64,000 nt of DNA, from contig JAUCBJ010003333.1 of NCBI GenBank assembly GCA_032718475.1, positions 66,943 through 130,942 on the forward strand. Direction: 5' to 3'. Origin of the DNA: Nemertoderma westbladi. Its lineage: Eukaryota > Animalia > Xenacoelomorpha. Under the pieces are notes generated by a model. It searched no databases and was not told where the DNA came from. It saw only the letters and a list, made by a program, of their open reading frames with translations. Every line of letters starts with the position of its first letter. The first letter of the stretch is position 1. Shown piece by piece: positions 13,401 to 24,146 of this stretch. The position numbers and the translations under genes are program-made.

Positions 13401-13971
13401 CTACTCCCATCCTGTATAAGTCCTCCCAGGCAGCTTCTGATAAGTTAAACGGGAGTCTGGGTCCAGGGAAGTTCCATTGCGCCTCTACAATAGACCTCAG
13501 TTCCTCCATTGTATATCCCGCATAACTGTCCCTGGTCGATCGCTTACTTCTCGCCCAATCGATTTGATGTTCCACCACAGCTATCAACACTCTAGTGAGT
13601 ACGGCTCCAGGAAGAATTAGAAGTGGATCTGGATAAACCGCTTCTGCCATCCTTGCTCCGATCTCGGGTGTCAACTCTTCGGTGTCTGAACTGCTAGAGT
13701 TATCATGCCTTTGAGAAATAAGTTCTCGGTTCGGGTGTTGCTGCTGTTTAACAGCTGCCTCTTGGTCCCGCTTAACTTGAGCCCTAGTGCCTATGATAGA
13801 CCTATGGTGCTTTACTAGCCTAGGGTCTGATACTACTACAACTGTAGGGATGATCTTTCTTACAGTAGGAAGGGACTTGGACTTCGGTCTCAGATGTTCT
13901 ATACTCTTATCTGAGTCACAGACTGTTCTTTCTAGGAGACTATCTGACAGTGTTTGCTTTGTGTCAGCCAT
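10482..13971 (-). pseudogene. gag: BEL/Pao gag, frameshifted near 12765 and 11200
   Basis: KFNGDEMKWLPF...EKLRFLIECLEG (DUF1759-like); knuckles CALCDGPHRLSGC and CYNFLRRGHQRRTC. Confidence 0.88.
12530..12785 (-). repeat. Coding tandem repeat (AAAAAESERK-like, ~21-33 nt units) in gag
   Basis: Repeated GCCGCTTTCCTTTCAGATTCT units. Confidence 0.9.
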
Positions 13972-14094
13972 GATTTATTTTACAGTTGAATGCCTACTGC
14001 TATAACGACAGTTAAAGCAAGTCTAGTAATTCAGTATCAACTGTAAGCCTAGTAATTAATTACCGATACCGTTACTCAGTGTAACGTGATATAT

Positions 14095-14352
14095 ATATAA
14101 TATATTAAAATACAGGTATACACTTTATAGTATATATATAAGTATTATTACAGACTAGGTTTAGTCACAGAATACCGGTATATAATTTCAGCCTAAATTT
14201 ATGTAAATAAATATAATAAGCCTACCGCTGTACCGTAAATACCGGTATACACCTATAGTATATATAAGTATTATTATAGACTAGGATTAGTTCCATAATA
14301 CCGGTATATAATTTCAGCCTAAATTTATATAAATATATATAATAAGCCTACT
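14095..14352. repeat. Direct duplication (~125 bp x2) in the BEL 5' leader
   Basis: GGTATACAC..TATAGTATATATAAGTATTATTA..GACTAGG..ATACCGGTATATAATTTCAGCCTAAATTTAT..AATAAGCCTAC twice. Confidence 0.8.
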
Positions 14353-17062
14353 GTGAATACCAGTAATGTCAATTATTTATAATAACTGAATTTCTGGGTT
14401 ACTTCCCTTTTACTTATTACTGTTATCAAGCAGTATTCCAACTGATATTAAGACCTAATTGATGTATACTGTAACATGCCTACTATTTTATAAATCTGTT
14501 TGAGTTGATTTATAATATATATATACTCGTACAAGGGTTTTTGACAATATTTGAAATAAATGTTATTATTTCTGGATAAGGAGTCACTACACAGAAGCTG
14601 AACGCTCTCAGTGGAGTGCTACTTGTTGGACACTAAAACGAATAATTCTACTTTACTAAGTTACTTATCACTACAAATTACTTACAATTACAGTTTGAGA
14701 TTACAATCTCTAAATAAACAATAACAAGTTACACATACAATTTTTTAGGGTAATTTTACAAGAAATCTATAAACCAGCCTAACAAGGAGTTAGAATTTCT
14801 GGTTCTTTCAAACTGACAGGAAACTATGGTATTTGAAAACAATAAAGCAGTAGTAAGTAAGTTGTGTTGTCCAGATAAGAAAATACCACCGTCTGACGAC
14901 TTATAGTCTTAGCTCTATAAGTACTACGTTATGTACCCGGAGTGTCCTTACCTAGAGGTTAATTACCGAAGCCAACCAGAGCTAACGTGCCTATTAACCA
15001 CGTTACAACACAAATATACTGCCTACACACTAAATTACTTTCGGAAAGCACTGTACGCTAACCCCAAATTAGGTACAAGTACGTATACAACAAATAACCA
15101 GCAGTTAAATATACTTCAACAGCCAAAAGAACCACGGTATCTGCTGGAGTGACCGGAGCACAAAATCACCAGTCTTTACCTACGCCAAGCAGCCCTGATG
15201 TAGTACCGGGATTAATTTAACTATAACGGTATGTATAACAAGCACAATTACTGTAGGAAAAAACTTGGGGAGTTGGAGGTTGCGAATACTCACATAGACT
15301 CTGAATAATAAATATTACGCTACCCGTGCAGACTATACAAACAAAACACAGACCAAATGCTGGCAGACTACTGTCAAGCCTAAATAAACTACAGTATATG
15401 CAGACTCAGAAATGGTTAGTTAGTAGGCGTTCTAACCGAGTAGTACAACTTATTCTTTTGGGGAGATTTACCTTACAACACTGGATGCCCCCACCTTCCT
15501 AACTAGCACTTTATCGGACAGACACTCTACACACACTGCAATCGCTCCAGACCTAACAACAGTTAGACAACAATCCGGCCTACAAATTATTTATACAATC
15601 TGAGCAGGCTTACACGCCTTCTGCTCAATATTACACTTGCCGATAAATAAAACTGACAGACATAAATAAGCTCTAAAAGAAATAAGGGGTGTACAGTCCC
15701 TACTCTCTTAAACTGCCTACCAATATACAATATCACAATCGAAATAATACTGGTACCGGTAAGTACCGTTTCGGGTGTTTGGGCAGTTAGGCCTACAGTT
15801 TACTGTCCGACCGGTACATTCGACTTTATTGCCTACGGCGCAATAAAGAAACTTAAGGGGGGGGGGGGGGGGTACACCCCCCTATGGACCTTTTTTGCAA
15901 ATGGCTATAATTTCTGCTTGTGTATAATTTTGTATGTTTTATACCTTTCGGGGGGGGGGGGGGGGGATTAACATATGGCCAAAGATTGGGTTCAAAGAAA
16001 AATTTTCAAATTTGCGTCGCCCTCTAGCGGCCACCATAAAAACACTACTAGTCTCACAATTTTGGGCGAACATTTTCGAAACTTGGTTTTTCTGAATCAG
16101 CATCCTCGGCTCCACAAAACTTATCGGTTACATTTTTTTATTTAGGTCTTAAATATTTTTCAAATATTATTAACTAATATTAATTATTACTTAATTAATA
16201 GATATTAACTAATTTCAAGAAATTAATATGGCACAATTCAAAATTCTAACCGATAACTTTTGATCAAAACCCGAAAAGAAATCAAACAAAAAAAAAATTT
16301 CGAAAATTGGTTAAGAAATGGCTGAGTAGTACAGTACAGGCCACCAGAAAACGCAGATTTGTACAATTGTGAACACATTTTATCAATTGTGTACCAGTGT
16401 AATGTAATGTTGCTGAACGGGACAATTGAACATAATTGAACATAATTGAATTGGCAACAACCAAAATTTTTTCGCCAAAGGATACAATTGAATACTTTTG
16501 AAACGCTTAGTAATCTGGAAACTCTCTGTAGTTTGCCGCGAACGCAGCTGCAGCTGGAAATGCGATAAGGATTTTGTTTACCTTTATAGTGTGCGGTTAA
16601 TAGTGTCTAGTAGGCAGGCCTATAGTTAGAGATGTTAAGCCATCTTCTGGTGTTTCTCTGTGCCCTCTCGGTGTCAGACTAGTGGCGCGACATCTCCCTG
16701 CACTAAATTAATTATTCAATGGTCTAGGCTCGTCCATCCATATACCCACCCACTCCCATACACTCCATGAACCTCCATGTGGTCTTGTATGTAGTTCTCT
16801 CTCTACCAATACAGCCCATTGATAGTAACAATGTGTTGGCAAGCTGTATTTTTCGAGGTGTTTGTTATTATACATTTATTATAGGAAGGGATCTTGGGGT
16901 CTTAGCCTCGAATGATAAGTTTATTTTACCGAAAATAACTTATCTTTTATTGGCGCAATTGTAGGACTAATCCCATCACATGCGTACTTTTTAACCAGAT
17001 GGTGTACAAATTTAGGAATCGCGTAATTTTTTCTTGAAATTAATATCTCATATCTCTCCAAA

Positions 17063-17103
17063 CCACGTACGCGTTTCGACCTTACTGGGTCTCATCAGCG
17101 TGG
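17063..17103 (-). ncRNA. Minimal type I hammerhead ribozyme (copy 1)
   Basis: Minus strand CCACG-CTGATGA-GACC cagtaa GGTC-GAAA-CGCG-TA-CGTGG: stem I, core, stem II, GAAA, palindromic short stem III. Confidence 0.9.
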
Positions 17104-17165
17104 TGTCGGATTCGAACCTGGGACCTCGAGGTGGAAGCCGAGACCACAACCACTAGGCCACAGGT
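17104..17165 (-). promoter_or_regulatory. tRNA-derived Pol III promoter (A/B boxes) directly 5' of the hammerhead; repeated in each unit
   Basis: Minus strand TGGCCTAGTGG ... CTTCCAC ... GGTTCGAATCC. Confidence 0.8.
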
Positions 17166-17468
17166 TCTTGAGATATGGAGTATTAATTTCAAAGCCAGCT
17201 GCCATTTTTTTAGCCCCTGATTTTTTATTATTGATAGTAACAATGTGTTGGCAAGCTGTATTTTTCGAGGTGTTTGTTATTATACATTTATTAGGGATCT
17301 TGGGGTATTAGCCTCGAATGATAAGTTTATTTTACCGAAAATAACTTATCTTTTATTGGCGCAATTGTAGGACTAATCCCATCACATGCGTACTTTTTAA
17401 CCGGATGGTGTACAAATTTAGGAATCGCGTAATTTTTTCTTGAAATTAATATCTCATATCTCTCCAAA

Positions 17469-17509
17469 CCACGTACGCGTTTCGACCTTACTGGGTCTCA
17501 TCAGCGTGG
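17469..17509 (-). ncRNA. Minimal type I hammerhead ribozyme (copy 2)
   Basis: Identical to copy 1. Confidence 0.9.
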
Positions 17510-17880
17510 TGTCGGATTCGAACCTGGGACCTCGAGGTGGAAGCCGAGACCACAACCACTAGGCCACAGGTTCTTGAGATATGGAGTATTAATTTCAAAG
17601 CCAGCTGCCATTTTTTTAGCCCCTGATTTTTTATTATTGATAGTAACAATGTGTTGGCAAGCTGTATTTTTCGAGGTGTTTGTTATTATACATTTATTAT
17701 AGGAAGGGATCTTGGGGTCTTAGCCTCGAATGATAAGTTTATTTTACCGAAAATAACTTATCTTTTATTGGCGCAATTGTAGGACTAATCCCATCACATG
17801 CGTACTTTTTAACCGGATGGTGTACAAATTTAGAAATCGCGTAATTTTTTCTTGAAATTAATTTCTCATATCTCTCCAAA

Positions 17881-17921
17881 CCACGTACGCGTTTCGACCT
17901 TACTGGGTCTCATCAGCGTGG
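17881..17921 (-). ncRNA. Minimal type I hammerhead ribozyme (copy 3)
   Basis: Identical to copy 1. Confidence 0.9.
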
Positions 17922-19663
17922 TGTCGGATTCGAACCTGGGACCTCGAGGTGGAAGCCGAGACCACAACCACTAGGCCACAGGTTCTTGAGATATGGAGTA
18001 TTAATTTCAAAGCCAGCTGCCATTTTTTTAGCCCCTGATTTTTTATTATTGATAGTAACAATGTGTTGGCAAGCTGTATTTTTCGAGGTGTTTGTTATTA
18101 TACATTTATTATAGGAAGGGATCTTGGGGTCTTAGCCTCGAATGATAAGCAAAATTAAAAAAAGTAAAATAAACTTATCATTCGAGGCTAAGACCCCAAG
18201 ATCCTTTCCTATAATAAATGTATAATACAGCCCATGTCCGCAATGTTACGTCCTGTGGGCTCTCTCATCTACCTGATATCAGACATACAGGCGCACCGCA
18301 CATTAAGCCTTTGTCGGTCCCAGCAAGTTAGCTAGATAACTCGCCATAACATGCCAATCAGATGACTTGAACAAATGTGTTCACATGTGATCACATTGGA
18401 TGAAATCTGCTTTTTCTGGTGGCCTGTACTGTAGTAGTATTTTGAATGTGAAAAATACAATTCCGAGATAAACGCATTTAAAGTTTAAAAACAAAATATT
18501 TCAAATGTTCCCGCTATTTTCAGTACTGGTATCTCCTTTTCTTTTCCCATTGGTTATCCCCTATCCATATTTTGTGATTTCTCAATGGATTTCATGAAAT
18601 TTGGTTCAAAAAAACCCCTACCCACTTTTAACAACCTGTTAAAATAATTTTAGAGTGCTTGCCAAAAAACACTTCGCGCAGCACGTGAACAAATTACATT
18701 TTGGCGTATTGATTTGATCGCATACTATTTCGTCATTTAGTAATAAATAGTCATGGAATAATGAGATAACCTTAAGAAACATACAAAATTATATAAAAAT
18801 TTCCACATAATTTTATAATAAGCCTTTACACAGAACATTAAGCTTTGTGCAGCACGTGAAACCTTCGCGCAGCACGTGAGACATTTGCGCAGCAGGTGAA
18901 GGTTTCACGTAGAACTTAAATTCTTCATAAAGCATGTTAATTAATCGAGCACCTCGGAAAGCTTTTTGATCAGAATGAGAAGCCTTCACGCGGCACATGA
19001 AAAGTTCATGCTGCACATGAAGACTTCGCGCAGCACGTGAAATATTCTCAGAGCCTGCGGAATTAAAAAAAATAGATTTATGGTTGTTTCCCAGAATAAT
19101 TATTACTAGCTATTGTTATATGATGGTTCACATTTGTTATTACTAGTAGTCAACTAGTCCATTAGACAACTGTTCAATATGTAATACAAAACTCACAAAT
19201 ATCTATTAAATTTATATTAATTAAAATTTGACGGACATGTTGACAGACAGACAGACATACAAACAGACAGACAAACTGAGAGACAGACTGAGATACAGAA
19301 ATAGTGATTAGATAATTCCAAATATTAAAACAGACATCGACATTAAGAAAAATCCTAACAGTAAACATTTCAGATTGCTTATTTTATGCCCTTTTTAATA
19401 TTTCGATGGGCAGACAGACAGACATACAGACGGAAAACCAGCCATTACTCGAGAAGTAAAAGAGATCTCGCTAAGCCGTTTCCAGATTTGAAATCCGCAT
19501 TAAATTCTACTCTAGATGAAATAAAAAAAAACAAAAAATGAAAATTTTGATCTGAGGGGGGGGGGGGGGGGGGGGTGTACCCCCCCCCCCCCCCCCCCCC
19601 CCCTTAAAATCTATTATTGTTCGCGCTTTTAGACCTTTAGCAGTTAAACCTGCCAATTTTAGT

Positions 19664-20783
19664 TGTCCTCTTGTTTATAAATCGCCTTTATCCTATATCA
19701 ATTATTTAATGTACTGAAGTTACATCAGCCGAAGGCAGTCTGTGCGCGATCATTCACCCACAGTTAAGGGAGACTGGATTCGGATTCCTTGATAGTTATT
19801 GCGGTGTAGACCTAAACTGTATTATTCGATTGATCGTTACTATATAATCTCTGACAATATATTTACTTTCGGGGAAATATTAACAGTTCCTTTAGGACGT
19901 GGCGCTTTAAGTATAAAACAGAGTTATGACTTATACTAATCACAACTAGATGGCCACAGAGTTTCGTAAATAGAGCATTCTTTAGGAGATGCTTTATTAT
20001 CTTTCACACTACTTCACACGACTTCACACTACTTCACACTACTGCGCACTAATCTGCCGACCATCACTGAATTTTATCATATATAAGGAAGATCGCAACT
20101 GACACTTGTAGGGATTATGAAATAACATTTAATTCACACAAAAACCACTATTATTTAAGTCGCAATTGCTACCGGTAACCTGTTCCTCTTACCTTCAGTA
20201 ATCAAGAAGATTGGGGGTTCTATGATTATTTATCGGTATTCTCCAAATATATCAGCAATATACATAAATATAACAACAATTAATAACAGAAGTAAAATAA
20301 TGCGGTGAACAGTCAGCATGTGTTACTTATGCAGTTATGAAAGTCAGACAGTCTGGTGAGTTCATAAGTGGTTGGTTCGTCAGATAATAGATTTACGTTC
20401 TTGTAATCAAAGCCATCTGATGTTTAGGCCAAAGTCTGAAACTTCCAAAACAGAAGTACAGAAGATTCCAAGCCGGTTCTGAGGCTCAGAAAGGTAAACA
20501 AAGACCGTAATGCATTGCACGGGTTTACATAGGCCTCTGTAAGACATAAGGGGAAATCGCTCTGATTGGTTGGACGAACAAAGAAGTTCCACGTCCACAA
20601 TGAATCAGCTGATAGATTTCGTCATCTGGGCTCGGATTCCTCCCTTTCACGTAGTTGGATAGATTTAGGGCTATTTTAGAGTATTCTGCGCATTGCGGCA
20701 AAAATGACTTGTTATGTCCTCAAAAGCACCTACACTGCGCATTGCGGGAAAAATGACTTGTTTTGTCCGCAAAAGCTTTTACA
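19664..20783 (-). repeat. 5' LTR of BEL copy 1 (~1.1 kb)
   Basis: Begins TGTAAAAGCTTTTG (minus) and ends ..GGACA before a TGG PBS-like motif; colinear with 61405-62606. Confidence 0.8.
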
Positions 20784-20980
20784 ATTTAGCTTAATAATAT
20801 TATGTCCATTCAGTTATCTGTTAGGTTGTTTGTTATTGGTTTGTATCAATGGCGTTTTAACCAAGGCGTCCTAATACAGGCCATGCAGCCGAGATTTAGG
20901 TAAAATTAGCGTAGGCTGAAAGTTTTACAATGGGCAAAATAGGAATTCCAATGAATATTATGGGTAGTAAGACAATGTTT

Positions 20981-21154
20981 GTATCTTATTCTCAGCAAGC
21001 AATATTTTGTAATTTATTATGTATGTACTAATATTTAGACATTTCAAATGGCGTCTAATCAAAAATCTTCTTAATAATATTATATATATTTACTATAATT
21101 AACCATTCATTTTCATTTAATACTAATTGTACAAGGCATGGCTTTGGTGGATAT
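20981..21154. repeat. ~174-bp target-site duplication of the RTE insertion (second copy at 21925-22104)
   Basis: Near-identical sequence on both sides of 21155-21924. Confidence 0.9.
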
Positions 21155-21924
21155 ACTACTACTAGGATCGGCATGCTGCATTGCAGCTGCATTTTTAAGA
21201 ATGCTGTGCCGGCTTGTCAACAAAATTGCACCGCCACAACTCCCTATCACCCATGACATTTGCTAGATCATCCGCATCTTTAAGGCCAGTGTCCTTTAAG
21301 ATGCGTCTCAAGAAAGTCATGGGCTGTCCACCATGCTTATTCACTCCATGAGGCTGCCAAAGTACAAGATTATGCACTGGCTGGTCCTCACGGCGAAAGC
21401 AATGTCCTGCAAAGCGGAGGCGATTTTGTTCTAGTGTCAAGCTTGGGGGAACCAATGAGACACCTCCAATATTATATAGTGTCTGGTTGGAGATGTGTGC
21501 ATTGTACTTATTGACACAATGAACCCGGCGTAGCATTCTTGTGAATGTGCCATCCAGAGATTTGGTGTCCTCAGCAGTTAGAGCCCAGCATGGACTCCCG
21601 TAGAGGAGTACTGGAACTACTGCTGCTCTAAATAATCGGACCTTAAGTTTCCGATTAATTCTAGGTGACATCCAAATCCTGGAAAGCCTATTCAAGGCTG
21701 CCCATGCCTTTCCCTTACGTATTCGAAGGTCCTCACCTGACTTCCGGATCCATGATCCCAGGTAACAGAAGTCGTCCACATGCTCAAGCACACCATCCTT
21801 TGAGCTTATGCTCATCCGATCAGAGACTTGCTGAGGACTTTCAAAGTTAACGGTCAGAATTTTGGTCTTTCTGGAGTTAATAAAAAGACCAACACTAGAA
21901 GCAGCATGTTCTAATGAGCCGATG
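21155..21924 (-). mobile_element. 5'-truncated RTE-clade non-LTR retrotransposon
   Basis: FCYLGS, KVRLFRAAVVPVLLYGS, RLRFAGHCFR, DRELWR; (TAG)n 3' tail at 21155-21165. Confidence 0.92.
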
Positions 21925-22884
21925 GTATCTTATTCTCAGCAAGCAATATTTTGTAATTTATTATGTATGTACAGGTACTAATATTTAGACATTTCAAATT
22001 GCGTCTAATCAAAAATCTTCTTAATAATATTATATATATTTACTATAATTAACCATTTATTTTCATTTAATACTAATTGTACAAGGCATGGCTTTGGTGG
22101 ATATGGTGACATAATGGCGGTTACGTTTGGGTGGACCTGGTGACATGGTGCTGTAGCGGTGGTATTATGGTTATGGACTTATGGTTATAAGATATATTAT
22201 TACTTTATATTATTATTACAGTAGGTACCTATACTTTTACTTTATATCATTGTCTAGTACTTTATGTTATTACTTTATTATTTATATATATATATTTTCG
22301 ATTAAAAACTTATATTAACTTTATTATTCATATTTTTATTTATTTTAATACGATTACCGACCCAATATTCCCCACCCCAGAGTGAAAACACATAAACCAA
22401 AATTAAACGTGTGACCCCCAGTAGATAAATATATCAGTTGCAGTTTAAAGAGTCTCTCCGAGCTCGGACTCAACTTGTGACCCCCCAGTAGAGAAATGTC
22501 TAGGTTTTAATGAGTCTCTCCGGGCTCTGAAGTACTGTGTGCTGTGCGGAATAAATAAATCCATGCTCCTGAGTATTGCAACTTGCCGATTAATGTAAAT
22601 AAAACGTTTATCAGTCTGCTGGTAATTACTCAGATAGCGAACAATCTCTTCAATTTCTGACCAGGCAAATGCGCGTTTTGGGTTCTTTATGAATGGTATA
22701 GGCCTAGAAACTTTTGCCAACTTGGCAAATTTTGGTCAAAATTTTTTTTATTTTTTCATTTTTTTTTATTTTAGCCTCAGATCACTTCAAAATATACTAT
22801 ATAGCAGGTGTTGTTCTTGTTGTCGATAATCGCTTACCACATGACGTAGCAAAACACTCATTTTATAGCCAAAAACAATTACCA

Positions 22885-23230
22885 ATTGATGGAAAGGAGC
22901 AGGTTAAGGCCGGATTTTCTAACCAAAACAATAAACAGTCACTTTACCAAATCAGGGAAAGGAGCAGGTTACAGAGACGGGATTTTCTAACCAAAACAAT
23001 AAACGATAACATTACCAATTGAGAGAAAGGAGCAGGTTACAGAGGCGGGAATTCCTAACCAAAACAATAAACGATCACTTAACTAATTGAGGGAAAGGAG
23101 CAGGTTACAGAGGCGGGATTTTCTAACCAAAATAATCAACGATCATTTAACTAATTGAGGGAAGGGGGCAGGTTACAGAGGCGGGGGAAAGGAGCAGGGT
23201 ACAGAGGCGGGATTTTCTAACCAAAACAAT
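22885..23230 (+). repeat. Tandem minisatellite, ~62-bp unit, ~5-6 copies
   Basis: AAAGGAGCAGGTTACAGAGGCGGGATTTTCTAACCAAAACAAT recurring. Confidence 0.85.
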
Positions 23231-23589
23231 CGGTCAGCCGTTAGGCCTACCAGTACCGTATTTAAATGGTAGGCTACACAGTAGGCCTACAGCAGTACCG
23301 GTGCCGGTACCGGTACTAAAATACAGAAATACCTGCTTTATACCTACATCTGTACATACTGACATACAATACAGAAAATAGTGCTGCTATATATACTAAT
23401 ACCGGTACTGATAGCCTGAGAGAACAGCAGTAGAGAAACCGGTAGCATGGAACCTAACATTAGATTTTTGGAGGACATAAAATAATCAAAAAAAGGACAA
23501 AAAAAGGATTTAAACGGACAATAAAAATGATTGCGTTTGAATATCATAACATGATGGCCTACATCAAACACATACAGTAGCCAAAGCTA

Positions 23590-24146
23590 CGCTGGTGATT
23601 TGCGGCCATATTTACTTTTTTTGATATAATTCAATTGTTTTCCTTTTTTCTGACCATTTGCGGCCATATTTACTTTTTCAGAAATAATAATATTTCTTTT
23701 CCTTTTTCTATTAATTGTTCCTGCATTACTTTTCCTTTTTTTCTATCAACTGTTTGGTCAATTACTTATCTTTTTTCTATCAGCTGCGTTGACTGTTTGT
23801 TCTCTAGCGCAGTACCGGTACGGCTGTAGGCTACATGCTGACTATACAGCTATACAGTACGAACAGCTGATAGAAAAAAGGTAAAGCCTTTTATGGAACA
23901 GCTGATAGAAAAAGGTAAAGCAATTGATGGAACAGCTGATAAAAAAAGGTAAAGCAATTGATGGAACAGCTGATAGAAAAAGGTAAAGTAATTTAATTAT
24001 TAATTATATTCAGAACTGCAGTAGGCCCAGAACCACAGTAGATGTACTGGTCTGCTCGTAGGTGTGTTATTGTAACAGCTGATAGAAAAAAGGTAAAGTA
24101 ATTAAATTATATCAGAAAAAGTAAATGTGGCCGCAAATCACCACCG
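23590..24146. mobile_element. TA-flanked MITE (Tc1/mariner-type) with internal ~33-bp subterminal repeats
   Basis: CGCTGGTGATTTGCGGCCATATTTACTTTT vs AAAAGTAAATGTGGCCGCAAATCACCACCG; AACAGCTGATAGAAAAAGGTAAAG repeats in both orientations. Confidence 0.8.

Larger units (their letters stand above)
16820..18223 (-). mobile_element. Tandem array (~410-bp unit x3.2) of tRNA-like head + hammerhead ribozyme, with an inverted terminal piece (Penelope-pLTR/retrozyme-like)
   Basis: Units start at ~16820, 17231, 17638 and 18050; inverted copy at 18168-18226; flanked by the direct repeat AATACAGCCCAT (16808-16819, 18224-18235). Confidence 0.85.
16332..18431. mobile_element. Non-autonomous Tc1/pogo-like element nested in the Kolobok-like element
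   Basis: 29-bp TIRs CAGTACAGGCCACCAGAAAA(C/A)GCAGATTT with one mismatch; TA on both sides. Confidence 0.85.
15857..19603. mobile_element. Non-autonomous TTAA-targeting DNA transposon (Kolobok-like) inserted in the BEL leader
   Basis: TTAA|G(n)TACACCCC at the left, GGGGTGTAC C(n)|TTAA at the right; both flanks match the uninterrupted second BEL copy. Confidence 0.75.
5360..20783 (-). mobile_element. BEL/Pao LTR retrotransposon, degenerate; 3' LTR not in window, and the element probably extends to the left edge
   Basis: gag-PR-RT-RH-IN order with BEL signatures; 5' LTR and leader homologous to the second copy at 61405-64000. Confidence 0.93.

Noticed and set aside
17104-17165. Functional tRNA-Gly genes (also 52068-52138 and 47825-47895)
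   Set aside because: A/B boxes are present but acceptor and anticodon stems are poor, and they are embedded in repeats; SINE-type heads
22445-22720. 91-aa ORF as a real gene
   Set aside because: Non-ATG start, no recognisable motif; may be a relic of another element but cannot be supported
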